From a virus (taxonomy: Duplodnaviria; Caudoviricetes): a stretch of DNA of 64,000 nt. Under the pieces are notes generated by a model, which was given only the letters and a program-made list of their open reading frames with translations, searched no databases and was not told the origin of the DNA. The position numbers and the translations under genes are program-made. The stretch lies in the IMG/VR virus record IMGVR_UViG_3300010352_001202; one strand, written 5' to 3'. Positions 27,516-37,524 of the stretch are shown piece by piece. The stretch's first letter is position 1. Each line of letters opens with the position of its first letter.

Positions 27516-30500
27516 ATGGCTGATAATTCTGTCTTTATTACTGGCATTGCAGAGGGCACACTCAAGGAGGCGATTGAAGAATTGCCAGGCTGGGCTACGG
27601 AAGACACTGCCTTTAAGATTCAGAAATTACTTACCAGAAGTCTTGATACTCAGAACAAGACACTTGCACAAATTCTTAAAACTGCCTCAGCAGGCGGCAC
27701 TGGACTTACTCCAGACGACGTTAAGAAATTAAATAATGAAACCGATAAATGGCTCAAGAACCTTGTTGCGGCTAATGCCGAAGATAAGAAAAGAAAGAAA
27801 AACTTTAAAGACAAGGATAAGGACGATAAGGATAACTTATTTTCCTCTAAAAAACTTAGAACAACAACCGATAAACTCAACTATGTACTAACTGGATTAG
27901 CAACTATCGGTTCTAAGGTTATGAAAGTTGAGAATCAGTATATCGATACCTATGATGCCTTATACAAGTCGGGTATTAATGTTCTCAATGGAAATAATTC
28001 TACCGCAGATGGTTTTGAAGCACTTAACCAAATGGTTAACCTTACTGGTATTAGATTAGAAAATCTTCAAAAGGTTGCTGAAAAATATAGTGATACAATT
28101 AATGCTGCCGGAATGTTAAAATTTACCAAAGCGGTATCTGCATCGAGCAAAGCCTTAGTAAGCTTAGGATATAGTAGCACCGAACAGTTAGAGCTCATCG
28201 GGTCTATAATGGAAGCGGAACAAGGCTATACCGATGTTAGAAAAAAATCTTCAGAACAGATTGCCGATGATGCGCAAAGAATTGGTTCGCAGTTTAATAA
28301 ATTATCCCAGACTGTAGGATTAAACAGACAGCAGCTTTTGGATAATATGAAAACAAATGCAAGGTCGAACGATTCGACTCTTGTTGCTGCACGGTGGGGC
28401 GAACAGGCCGCTGAGAATGTAGCCAAGGCAGCAGCAGGACTTAAAGATCAAAACCTAGCGAAAATCTTTACACAGTTTGCAGCAGCATCGGATCCTGTGT
28501 ATACACAAGCGTTTAAGGACTTGAATGCTGCCGGCCTAGGCGACATCGCAACTCAATTTGCACAGTTAGGTAAAGATATGAAATATATCGATCCTACCGA
28601 ATTCCAAAAGAGGCTCGATGCGTTAACTAAGAATATTGATCCAAAACGGATTGCTGCATTAACCGATCAGCAAGCTGGTGGCAACCAAGCAGCTGACGCA
28701 GCAGTTTCGTTCATTAATATGGTTCAGCAACAATCCCGCAGAGTATCGGAAGCAACCGATGGGCAGCAGACAGCAGCGACAAAAACAGAAGCAGCAATTG
28801 CAGGATTACAAACTGAGGTAGAAAAATTATCTGCTGCCGGTCAGGCTGCGTTTTTTCCAATGATTGCACAGGTAAATGCTGTTACAGATGCAATGAAACT
28901 TCTTAACGATGCCATCTATAAGGTTATAGGCTCTATAAATGCAGAAACTCGCAGTTGGATTGGTGTCGGTCTTGTACTTGCGGGATTTACCGCAGGATTA
29001 TTGGTTGCGGTAAGATCTGTACGAACATTCTTTAGCCTATTTGGTAAAGGTCCTGGCATTATTTCTAAGGCATTTACCGGTATGGGCAAACTTATAATGT
29101 CTGCCGGTACCGGGGTTGCAAGTATGTTGCGCGGTGCAGGAACACTATTGATAAGAGGTATCAGCGGAATAGGAAATATGCTGAAACTTGCAGGATCTGC
29201 TATTCCTACAGTATTGCGTGGTGCCGGTAATTTAATCTCAAAAGCATTCTCTGGCGTAGGAAATCTTCTTAAGACAGCCGGATCGGCAGCATGGAATGCA
29301 GTTCGTGGTGTCGGTTCCGGAATAGCAAAAGGAATGGCCAGTGCAGGTACATGGATTATAGATGCACTAAAGGGCGTCGGTTCATGGGCTTCTTCGGCAT
29401 TTTCAAGACTTGTAGGAACTATTTCTAGTGCATTGAGATCGGCCGGCACCTGGATATTAGACGCATCAACCAAAGTTATGACTTTCGCCAAGGATGCATT
29501 AATGCGTTCGGTGTCGTGGATTGCTAACACCACAAAAAGTATCTTCTCAGCAGTAGGAAATTCATTAAAGGCAGCAGGTACATGGATTTCGGATGCAATT
29601 CGTGGATTAATTACTAACATTGGTAAAGCAGGATCTTGGGTAGGGAATGCAATTAAGGGTGCAGGTACCTGGATATCAAATTTAGCAAAATCAGTATTCT
29701 CGGGTGGTGCAAAACTACTTTCGAGTGCAGGTGAATGGATAGGTGGCGCCTTGAAGGGTGCCGGCCAATGGATAGCATCGGCTGTGAAATCTGTATTTGG
29801 CGGAGCATCTAAGTTTATCAGTGAAGGTGTCGGTTGGATTGGAAATGCCTTGAAATCTGGAGGCAATGCAATTGTTGGGTTCTTTAAGGGAGCAGGTGCT
29901 TGGATCATGAATGCCTTTAAGGGCGTGTTCGGCGAAGCCGCTGGATTTCTTGGTAGCATATTCAGTAAGATTGGCGGCGTAGTTGGGGAAGTTTTGCCGT
30001 TCATATCTAAGATCGGCGGCCTCGCACTTAGGTTTGCCGGGGTGTTGGGATGGCTATACACGGCGTTTGAAGTGGGCTGGGCAATTGGGACTAAATTGTA
30101 TGAAATAGTTTCTAAGTTCGATTGGGTTACAAGTGCATTTGATAAATTGTTCATCGGGCTAGATAAATTAATTTCTTATTTGCCGGGTCAAGTCGGTCGG
30201 GATGCACAGCAAAGACTAGATGTAAGAGAGAAGGCAGAAAAGGCATTGGTAAATGCACCGGCAGTGAAGAAGCCCGAGCAAATATCTGTTCCTAAGGCGC
30301 CAATGGCATCGACTATAAACAGTCCATCGGCAGTATCTGCTGATCCTACTAAGACACCGGCAGATACTGCACCACCGGCAGGTACCGAGCCGTCTAAGGC
30401 AACGGGGTCCGGGATAGAGAAGCCTGCCGAGACTTCTGACATAAATAACTTGCTCAGCTATCAAAGTACAATTCTTGAACAGATATTGTTAAGCACGAAT

Positions 30501-30551
30501 AGCTTAGTGTCAGTCAATAAGGATATCCTTAGATCTGCGAGAAACCAATAA
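27516..30551 (+). CDS. Tail tape measure protein
   Basis: 1011 aa, helical and Ala/Gly-rich, with 11/22-residue Trp-periodic repeats (AGTWI, AGSWV, AGEWI) at ~29.1-30.0 kb and hydrophobic segments. Confidence 0.8.
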   Translation: MADNSVFITGIAEGTLKEAIEELPGWATEDTAFKIQKLLTRSLDTQNKTLAQILKTASAGGTGLTPDDVKKLNNETDKWLKNLVAANAEDKKRKKNFKDKDKDDKDNLFSSKKLRTTTDKLNYVLTGLATIGSKVMKVENQYIDTYDALYKSGINVLNGNNSTADGFEALNQMVNLTGIRLENLQKVAEKYSDTINAAGMLKFTKAVSASSKALVSLGYSSTEQLELIGSIMEAEQGYTDVRKKSSEQIADDAQRIGSQFNKLSQTVGLNRQQLLDNMKTNARSNDSTLVAARWGEQAAENVAKAAAGLKDQNLAKIFTQFAAASDPVYTQAFKDLNAAGLGDIATQFAQLGKDMKYIDPTEFQKRLDALTKNIDPKRIAALTDQQAGGNQAADAAVSFINMVQQQSRRVSEATDGQQTAATKTEAAIAGLQTEVEKLSAAGQAAFFPMIAQVNAVTDAMKLLNDAIYKVIGSINAETRSWIGVGLVLAGFTAGLLVAVRSVRTFFSLFGKGPGIISKAFTGMGKLIMSAGTGVASMLRGAGTLLIRGISGIGNMLKLAGSAIPTVLRGAGNLISKAFSGVGNLLKTAGSAAWNAVRGVGSGIAKGMASAGTWIIDALKGVGSWASSAFSRLVGTISSALRSAGTWILDASTKVMTFAKDALMRSVSWIANTTKSIFSAVGNSLKAAGTWISDAIRGLITNIGKAGSWVGNAIKGAGTWISNLAKSVFSGGAKLLSSAGEWIGGALKGAGQWIASAVKSVFGGASKFISEGVGWIGNALKSGGNAIVGFFKGAGAWIMNAFKGVFGEAAGFLGSIFSKIGGVVGEVLPFISKIGGLALRFAGVLGWLYTAFEVGWAIGTKLYEIVSKFDWVTSAFDKLFIGLDKLISYLPGQVGRDAQQRLDVREKAEKALVNAPAVKKPEQISVPKAPMASTINSPSAVSADPTKTPADTAPPAGTEPSKATGSGIEKPAETSDINNLLSYQSTILEQILLSTNSLVSVNKDILRSARNQ

Positions 30552-32272
30552 TGACATGGAAAAAATTCTTTAAGCCGGTAAATTCAGTTTTGCCGGTAGC
30601 GCAACGAGCAGTAGATAGCACTTCTGCTTATGCTTCAACGGCAAAATACAGCAATTGGTTGCCAGAAGTGTATTCCGGTCCACCAGATAGATTGCAGAGA
30701 TATGCGGTATACGATCAGATGAACTATGATCATGAAATTAGTGCTGCTCTTGATACTATTGCTGACTTTGGTACAGAACCCGATGAAGTAACAAAACTAC
30801 CACTTGTTATTAAATATAACGAAGACCCGACACCATCTGAAATTCAGATTTTAGAAAAGTCATTAGGGCAGTGGTGCAGATTAAATAAAATTTCTCGTCG
30901 CCTATGGAGAATGTTCCGTTCTACCCTAGTATACGGTGACCAATTCTTTATTCGTGATCCACAAACTTTTAAACTTTACTGGGTTGATCCTGCTAAAGTT
31001 GAAAAAGTTATTGTCAACGAAAGCGATGGTAAGAAAATTGAAAGTTATTTTATTAAGGATATTGACCTTAATATGAAGAGTCTTGTTGCAACAAACCAGT
31101 TGAACAAGATGTCTAACGAAGCATTTGGTTCCAATAGTATTGTATTCTCTCCGCCGATGCAAGGAAACATGAATTATGTATCCGGCGGTTACGGAGGTGC
31201 AGGTACAGCAAACTATCAAGATGGCGGCGCTACTGCTGTAGATGCCGAACATATTGTACAAATGTCCCTTACAGATGGCATGAACGCTGCGTGGCCCTTC
31301 GGGCTTAGTATCCTCGAGCAAATCTATAAGGTTTATAAGCAGAAAGAGTTATTAGAAGACGCCATCTTGATTTATCGTGTACACCGCGCTCCAGAGCGTC
31401 GTGTATTCTTTATTGATGTTGGTACGATGCCTCCTAACAAAGCGCAGCAATACCTCGAGCGCATTCGTTATGAAGTACAGCAAAAGCGTATTCCAAGTAG
31501 AACTGGCGGCGGCGCTAATGTGGTGGATTCGACATATAATCCTATGTCTATCTTGGAAGATTATTTCTTCGCTGTAACAAGTGAAGGACGCGGTTCGAAA
31601 GTCGAAGTATTACCCGGTGGTGAAAATCTTGGTGACATTGATGATTTGCGTTATTTCAATAACAAGATGCTTCGAGCACTAGGTGTTCCTAGTTCGTATT
31701 TGCCGACAGGTCCGGAGGACGGAACATCTGCTGTAACAGACGGCAGAGTAGGTACAGCATTTATTCAAGAATTTAGATTTGCTAAAGTTGTTACTCGTTA
31801 TCAACAGCAAGCAATTGAACCAATAGATATGGAATTTAAGTTGTTCTTAAAATTCCGAGGAATAACAATTGACAATAGTCTCTTTGAACTTAGTTTCACA
31901 GAACCACAATCGTTCTCAGAGTATCGTAAACTTGAACTTGATTCAGCACGTATCAATACGTTTACTGCACTTATGGATGTTCCTTATGTTTCTAAGAGAT
32001 TTATTCTTAAGACATATCTTGCCTGGACAGAAGAACAGGTTGCAGAAAACGAACGTATGTGGAAAGAAGAGCGTAGCAGACTTACTAAGACATTCGCTCC
32101 AGAGGCATCTGGTGGCGGTGGTGCTGCACCTGCAGGATTATCAGATGTTGGTATTACAAGTTCTGGCATTGATGATATGGCTCCGGAAGACGGTGATGTC
32201 GAGGGACTCGGTCCCGACGGAGGACCCGGCGGCGGAGTTAGTGACACAGAAGTAGATAGCTTCGGTACTTGA
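30551..32272 (+). CDS. gp20: Portal protein, T4 gp20-like
   Basis: LLEDAILIYRVHRAPERRVFFIDVGTMP, SILEDYFF, LPGGENLGDIDDLRYF, ALGVPSS are gp20 hallmarks. Confidence 0.95.
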   Translation: MTWKKFFKPVNSVLPVAQRAVDSTSAYASTAKYSNWLPEVYSGPPDRLQRYAVYDQMNYDHEISAALDTIADFGTEPDEVTKLPLVIKYNEDPTPSEIQILEKSLGQWCRLNKISRRLWRMFRSTLVYGDQFFIRDPQTFKLYWVDPAKVEKVIVNESDGKKIESYFIKDIDLNMKSLVATNQLNKMSNEAFGSNSIVFSPPMQGNMNYVSGGYGGAGTANYQDGGATAVDAEHIVQMSLTDGMNAAWPFGLSILEQIYKVYKQKELLEDAILIYRVHRAPERRVFFIDVGTMPPNKAQQYLERIRYEVQQKRIPSRTGGGANVVDSTYNPMSILEDYFFAVTSEGRGSKVEVLPGGENLGDIDDLRYFNNKMLRALGVPSSYLPTGPEDGTSAVTDGRVGTAFIQEFRFAKVVTRYQQQAIEPIDMEFKLFLKFRGITIDNSLFELSFTEPQSFSEYRKLELDSARINTFTALMDVPYVSKRFILKTYLAWTEEQVAENERMWKEERSRLTKTFAPEASGGGGAAPAGLSDVGITSSGIDDMAPEDGDVEGLGPDGGPGGGVSDTEVDSFGT

Positions 32273-32283
32273 TAAATAAGACT

Positions 32284-32520
32284 ATGAAAGCCAGAGATCT
32301 ACTTGTTGAATTTTATGACCCAGCCGATGATAAGTTGGGACAAGCAAAAATGGATGACACCCGTCGCCCACGTTTAACTATGCTTCACATACAAAAATTA
32401 AGAAAAGCAAGAGATGCTGAAAAGTACGAAACTGCTCAGCATCTTAATTTCTTACCAGATATGTATGGTGTATCGGCTCAGCCCGATGCAGGCGGCGCTG
32501 GCGGCATGCCAGGCCTATAA
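32284..32520 (+). CDS. Small head-assembly protein (prohead core region), function unknown
   Basis: Between portal and prohead core genes; DDTRRPRLTMLHIQKLRK; ATG 32284 directly after GATAAATA (32271-32278). Confidence 0.7.
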   Translation: MKARDLLVEFYDPADDKLGQAKMDDTRRPRLTMLHIQKLRKARDAEKYETAQHLNFLPDMYGVSAQPDAGGAGGMPGL

Positions 32521-32694
32521 AGTAGTTTTTTATTTCGAGTAAACCTCGACTAAATAATTGCTGCAAAATCAATTCTCTAAAAATGGCCTCTTTTATGGCC
32601 ATTTCCACCTATAATCCCTCTCACCGGGTTAAATACCTAGAATACCACTAAAGTGGTAATTTTGGAACTTTAACTAATCAAGGAGAGATTGGGC

Positions 32695-33723
32695 ATGTCA
32701 CAACAACAAAAGCTTGAAAAAGTTTTGGATCTGCTTTTAAGCGAGGATTCAGAACAGGCCAGCGAACTTCTCCATCAGATCATTGTAGAAAAAGCTCGTG
32801 TAATTTATGAAGGCATTGTCGACGAAGAAGAAGTCGCCGATGACGAAAAAGACGAACTTGACGAATCCGATGAAGTTGGTGGCGAACCAAATAAAGACTT
32901 CACTGATGAAATTGCAACAGACAAGGAAGAAGTAGATGCCGACGAACAAAACGACGGCGAAGCTGGATCCGACGAAGAGTCTGATGACGGCGACGAAGGA
33001 AGCGATGATGATGAAGGCGGCGAATTTGGAGCCGACGATGAAGGCGGAGAAGGTAGCACAGAAGATCGTATTGAAGATCTCGAGTCCCAACTTGCTGAAC
33101 TTCGTGCAGAATTCGACGCACTAATGGGCGAAGAAATGCAAGAACCTAACCACGCAGATCTAGGCGACGAGTTCGGCGGAGATGAAGTTGAGCCAGCAAT
33201 GGATGACGGAATGGACGACGGAATGGGTGGTCCAGATATGGGCGGCATGGGTGGTGAAGAAAAGGTTGTCGGCGAAGTAGTCGCAACTATGTTCGAGAAG
33301 AAGAAAGACAAGAAACTCGAAGTAGCACCACAGAAGAAAGATGCAAAGAAAGATAAGAAGGTAGACGAAGAAACTCAGTTTCTTAACAAGGTTGCTGACA
33401 CTGGTCAAAAGGGAACAGCCAAGCTTGTAGGAACAGGCAAGGGCATGACTCTTGGTGCTGAGCAAAACAAGTCACCTTACACCAACATCCCTGCACGCAA
33501 GGATTACGGTGGAAAGCCAACAAAAATCGGTGGTAACGGCGGAACAGGCGGCGAGTACGGCAAGTACAACGGCGACTCTGCAAAAGACGACACACCTACC
33601 GATAATGTAAAGGTTGAGCCAAAGAAGAATGGCGTAAAGGCTGATACTACTGCGAAATACACCGGCGGCAAGGCTGCAGGTCCAGGTTTCACAAAGTCTC
33701 CTCTAACAAAGAAGCCAGCTTAA
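32695..33723 (+). CDS. Acidic prohead core/internal scaffolding protein
   Basis: SD AGGAG 9 nt before ATG 32695; very D/E-rich N-terminal half and K/G-rich C-terminus; located in the head operon; several hydrophobic-x-E sites. Confidence 0.65.
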   Translation: MSQQQKLEKVLDLLLSEDSEQASELLHQIIVEKARVIYEGIVDEEEVADDEKDELDESDEVGGEPNKDFTDEIATDKEEVDADEQNDGEAGSDEESDDGDEGSDDDEGGEFGADDEGGEGSTEDRIEDLESQLAELRAEFDALMGEEMQEPNHADLGDEFGGDEVEPAMDDGMDDGMGGPDMGGMGGEEKVVGEVVATMFEKKKDKKLEVAPQKKDAKKDKKVDEETQFLNKVADTGQKGTAKLVGTGKGMTLGAEQNKSPYTNIPARKDYGGKPTKIGGNGGTGGEYGKYNGDSAKDDTPTDNVKVEPKKNGVKADTTAKYTGGKAAGPGFTKSPLTKKPA

Positions 33724-33733
33724 GGATACAACG

Positions 33734-34375
33734 GTGAAAATGGCAAACAAACTGTACGAGTATTTGTCCTTCGACAAAGCACACGTAACACTTCTTGAAG
33801 AAGATAACAAGATGACAGGCGGTAAAGATCTCTGTATGAAAGGGATCTTTATCCAGGGTGACGTAAGGAACCAGAATCAGCGTGTTTATCCTGTTAGAGA
33901 AATTGCCCGCGCCGTTAACTCTATTACAGAAAAATTAGGCACAGGTCAATCAGTAATGGGTGAGCTCGACCATCCGGAAGAGCTTTCTATTAACCTTGAC
34001 CGTGTAAGTCACCTCATCACAGAAATGTGGATGGATGGTGCAGACGGATACGGAAAGTTGAAAATTGTACCAACTCCGATGGGACAAATAGTTCAGACAC
34101 TATTGAAGTCGGGCGCAAAGTTGGGAGTTTCTTCCCGTGGTTCTGGAAATGTAAATGACGATGGTACTGTTTCGGATTTTGAAATTATTACCGTCGACAT
34201 TGTTGCGCAACCAAGCGCACCAAATGCATATCCTAGAACGATATATGAAAGTCTTTTTAACATGAAGGGTGGCCATAGTTTAGTGAATACCGCAAGGGAA
34301 GCACTAACCGAAGCTGCCGCACAAAAACAGCTTGTTAAAGACCTTCAGAGATTTATCAAAGAGTTAAAAATTTAA
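33734..34375 (+). CDS. gp21: Prohead protease, T4 gp21-like
   Basis: GIFIQGDVRNQNQRVYP, GELDHP, RVSH, TPMGQI, LGVSSRGSG, DIVAQPSAPNA. Confidence 0.93.
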   Translation: MKMANKLYEYLSFDKAHVTLLEEDNKMTGGKDLCMKGIFIQGDVRNQNQRVYPVREIARAVNSITEKLGTGQSVMGELDHPEELSINLDRVSHLITEMWMDGADGYGKLKIVPTPMGQIVQTLLKSGAKLGVSSRGSGNVNDDGTVSDFEIITVDIVAQPSAPNAYPRTIYESLFNMKGGHSLVNTAREALTEAAAQKQLVKDLQRFIKELKI

Positions 34376-34387
34376 GGGGAACTCAAG

Positions 34388-35506
34388 ATGGCAAAGAAAA
34401 TTGATGAGATCTTGAGCGAAAGCGTTGGACTGTCTGAAGATGTCCGCAACCAGATCGTTGGTTTGTGGGAATCGAGACTTACCGAAGCTCGTGAAGAAGT
34501 TGCTGCTACACTCCGTGAGGAATTTGCACGCAAGTTTGAACACGACAAGGGAGTCTTAGTTGAATCTATGGACCGTTTCTTAACAGACAAAGTCCGCGTT
34601 GAACTCGAAGAATTCGCCGAAGACAAGAGAAAACTTGTCGCAGAAAGAGTTGCTTACAAGAGCAAGCTCACTGAGCACACAGGAATGTTAAACAAATTCA
34701 TCACAGAAGCTGTAGCCAAGGAAATGAAAGAGTTCTATGCCGAAAAGAAGGCAATGAAGGAAAACTTTTCTAAACTAGAGAACTTCCTGTTGAAGCAACT
34801 TGCCGAAGAAATTCGCGAGTTCCGCATCGACAAGAAATCACTTGTTGAGCAGAAAGTCAAGATGGTTACAGAAGGAAAGCAAAAGCTACAAGAAACAAAG
34901 ACACAGTTTATCAAGCGTGCGGCTCAGATTATCGAGTCTAACATTGAGAAGACATTGCGCTCTGAAATTACTCAATTCAAGGATGACATCCGTGTTGCCC
35001 GTGAAAATGATTTCGGTCGTAAGATTTTTGAAAGCGTAGCAGCTGAATTCATGACTTCGTATTTAAACGAAGGCACAGAGCTTAAGAAGCTTCAAAAGGT
35101 TGTCGAATCTAAGAACAAGGAATTAGCAACACTTAACGAATCTGTTAAGAAGAGCAAGGGCCTTATGGAAGGTTTAGATAGCAAACTAAAAGCAACTCAA
35201 GACCTAGTCGAAAGACAGAAAGTCATGGGAGAGTTACTAGCCCCATTGTCTAAGGACAAGAAAGCTGTAATGAAAGAATTGCTTGAATCGGTACAGACAA
35301 AGAACTTGCAAGGTGCTTACAACAAGTATCTACCAAGCGTACTAAATGAAGCCACAGATCGTAAACCTGCTGCCGCAAAGCCACAGTTGAACGAGGCAAC
35401 ATTGTCTGCCAAGACAGGCGATAGAGCGAGAGTCGCTCAAGAAGAAGTATCGGAAGATACATCGGAACTAAATCATATTTTGTCCTTAGCCGGAATTAGA
35501 AAGTAA
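34388..35506 (+). CDS. gp22: Prohead scaffolding protein, gp22-like
   Basis: Coiled-coil E/K-rich protein between the protease and capsid genes. Confidence 0.8.
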   Translation: MAKKIDEILSESVGLSEDVRNQIVGLWESRLTEAREEVAATLREEFARKFEHDKGVLVESMDRFLTDKVRVELEEFAEDKRKLVAERVAYKSKLTEHTGMLNKFITEAVAKEMKEFYAEKKAMKENFSKLENFLLKQLAEEIREFRIDKKSLVEQKVKMVTEGKQKLQETKTQFIKRAAQIIESNIEKTLRSEITQFKDDIRVARENDFGRKIFESVAAEFMTSYLNEGTELKKLQKVVESKNKELATLNESVKKSKGLMEGLDSKLKATQDLVERQKVMGELLAPLSKDKKAVMKELLESVQTKNLQGAYNKYLPSVLNEATDRKPAAAKPQLNEATLSAKTGDRARVAQEEVSEDTSELNHILSLAGIRK

Positions 35507-35521
35507 TTAGGAGAAACTACA

Positions 35522-36694
35522 ATGGCAACAAAGCTATTTGAATCAAACTGGGGCGCAACAAAAGAAGCCCTTCTAGAAGGCCTTAAGGGAACCCGTCGTC
35601 AAGCAATGGACGTTGTGTTTGAAAACACTCGTAAATACTTGGCAGAATCGGCTACCGCAGGTGCAACACAAGCTGGTAATATCGCAGTTCTTAACAAGGT
35701 AATGCTACCGTTGATCAGACGTGTCATGCCAACAGTTATTGCGAACGAAATCATGGGCGTACAGCCAATGACAGGTCCAGTTGGCCAAATCCACACTTTG
35801 CGTGTTCGTTACGCAAACACTGCTGCTGGTGTAACAGCAGGTACAGAAGCACTTGGTCCATTCGAAATTGCTAAGGCATATTCGGGTAACGAAGTTGCTG
35901 CCGATCCAGCTGCTGCTTCAACAGCACGTCTTGAAGGCGTACCAGGTAACAAGATGAGCATCCAAATCTTGAAAGAAACCGTCGAAGCTAAGACACGTAA
36001 GTTGTCGGCTCGTTGGACTTTCGAGGCTGCACAAGACGCTAATGCCATTCACGGTATTGATATCGAAGCAGAAATCATGCAAGCTCTTGCACAAGAAATC
36101 ACAGTTGAAATCGACCAAGAAATGTTATTCAAGCTAGGTGCTCTAGTACCTGTTGCTCCAACAACATTCAACCAAGCTGCCGTTTCTGGTACAGCTACAT
36201 ACGTTGGTGATGAAATGGCTGCTCTAGCAGTTATGATCAACCAGCAAGCTAACCTTATTGCTGCACGTACACGTCGTGGTGCTGCTAACTGGGCAGTTGT
36301 TTCGCCAACAGCGTTAACAATTCTTCAGTCTGCTACAACATCTTCGTTCGCACGTACAACAGAAGGTACATTCGAAGCACCTACAAACACAAAGTTTGTC
36401 GGTACATTGAATAGCACAATGCGCGTATATGTTAACCAGTATGCAAGCGATGGCGATCCAATCCTTATCGGTTACAAGGGACCTACAGAAACTGACGCAG
36501 CAGCTTACTACTGCCCATACATTCCATTGATGAGCGTTGGTCCTGTTATGGATCCACAGACATTCGAACCAGTCGTATCGTTCATGACACGTTACGGTTA
36601 CCTAGAATTGACAAATACAGCAAACAGCTTCGGTAACGCCGCAGACTATTTGAGCAAGGTTGGAATTGACAGCAGCACTTTGAAATTTTACTGA
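35522..36694 (+). CDS. gp23: Major capsid protein, T4 gp23-like
   Basis: LIRRVMPTVIANEIMGVQPMTGPVGQI, VEAKTRKLSARWTFEAAQD, AYYCPYIPL, FEPVVSFMTRYG. Confidence 0.97.
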   Translation: MATKLFESNWGATKEALLEGLKGTRRQAMDVVFENTRKYLAESATAGATQAGNIAVLNKVMLPLIRRVMPTVIANEIMGVQPMTGPVGQIHTLRVRYANTAAGVTAGTEALGPFEIAKAYSGNEVAADPAAASTARLEGVPGNKMSIQILKETVEAKTRKLSARWTFEAAQDANAIHGIDIEAEIMQALAQEITVEIDQEMLFKLGALVPVAPTTFNQAAVSGTATYVGDEMAALAVMINQQANLIAARTRRGAANWAVVSPTALTILQSATTSSFARTTEGTFEAPTNTKFVGTLNSTMRVYVNQYASDGDPILIGYKGPTETDAAAYYCPYIPLMSVGPVMDPQTFEPVVSFMTRYGYLELTNTANSFGNAADYLSKVGIDSSTLKFY

Positions 36695-36732
36695 TCTGCA
36701 CTGGATCGGTACTTTAAAGAGTACGCAGACAC

Positions 36733-36760
36733 AAAAAAGCCCCTTAATCGGGGCTTTTTT
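36733..36760. terminator. Bidirectional intrinsic terminator after the capsid gene
   Basis: aaaaaagcccc-ttaatc-ggggctttttt; the HNH stop codon lies in the loop. Confidence 0.85.
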
Positions 36761-37397
36761 CTTCTTTGCGTTTTTTGTGTATTTCTTGCATTAATATAGA
36801 TCTTGCTGCCTTCCGTTCTTCCGACCACGATTGCTTAGGTTTACCTTTACGATTTTCAGACATCATCTTTTTTGTTTCTTCAGAATGCGGCGTAAAATGT
36901 GTACCTACACCTTTTCTTCTTTCACTAATTGCTTTTTTATTTTCTTCTGTATGATGCTTTCCCCTAAAACCCGGAGTATTATAATTACCCCCCGGCCTAC
37001 CTTTTGTAGATTCACTAAGTTTTTTCTTAGATTCTGCTGACCATACTTTTCCTATATTAGGTCCAGGCCGACCCTTCATAAACTCGCTCTGGGCTTTACT
37101 AAATTCCTCTTTTAGAAGTTGGTAATCTCTGGCATATACCTTGTATTTTATTCCGTTTCTTTTTACATTGCACATCAACATAAAGGCCTTTGTCATTTGA
37201 GGGTTTCGGTGTATTTTCCACAGCAAATGGTGTGCCACAAAATGTTCTTTTGCGGTTAAAGAAACAATATTAGATTCAATATCGTCTCCTTTTAATGATA
37301 AAGGAACAATATGATGTTGTTCTACATAAATATCTTGGGATAATATCCTATGTTGTGCTTTTGATATTAGTTGATGGTAAACCTTAATATAGTTCAT
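36744..37397 (-). mobile_element. Free-standing HNH homing endonuclease with NUMOD3-like repeats, antisense to the capsid gene
   Basis: YVEQHHIVPLSLKGDDIESNIVSLTAKEHFVAHHLLWKIH; GKHHTEENKKAIS and HSEETKKMMS repeats; GATAAATA at 37411-37404. Confidence 0.85.
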
Positions 37398-37413
37398 AAT
37401 TAATATTTATCAT

Positions 37414-37437
37414 AGTACAACATTGAAATTCTATTAA
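37414..37437 (+). pseudogene. Orphan duplicate of the capsid gene 3' end (STTLKFY*)
   Basis: agt aca aca ttg aaa ttc tat taa versus capsid end agc agc act ttg aaa ttt tac tga (SSTLKFY*, 36671-36694). Confidence 0.75.
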
Positions 37438-37467
37438 TCCGACTCCAGGGTTAGTAAAAAATTCGGA

Positions 37468-37492
37468 GGGGGCCTTAGGGCTCCCTTTTTTT
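37468..37492 (+). terminator. Intrinsic terminator, probably the pre-insertion capsid terminator
   Basis: gggggcc-ttag-ggctccc followed by T7, 30 nt after the orphan capsid end. Confidence 0.75.
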
Positions 37493-37524
37493 ATTTCCGA
37501 TAAATATACGAAACGGAGATTATA

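Noticed and set aside
28916-30154. 412-aa minus-strand ORF inside the tape measure gene
   Set aside because: Antisense mirror of the repetitive tape measure codons; no SD or recognisable motif.
32610-32615. TATAAT as a sigma70 -10 upstream of the head operon
   Set aside because: No -35 or extended -10 at the right spacing; late-type motifs nearby explain expression.
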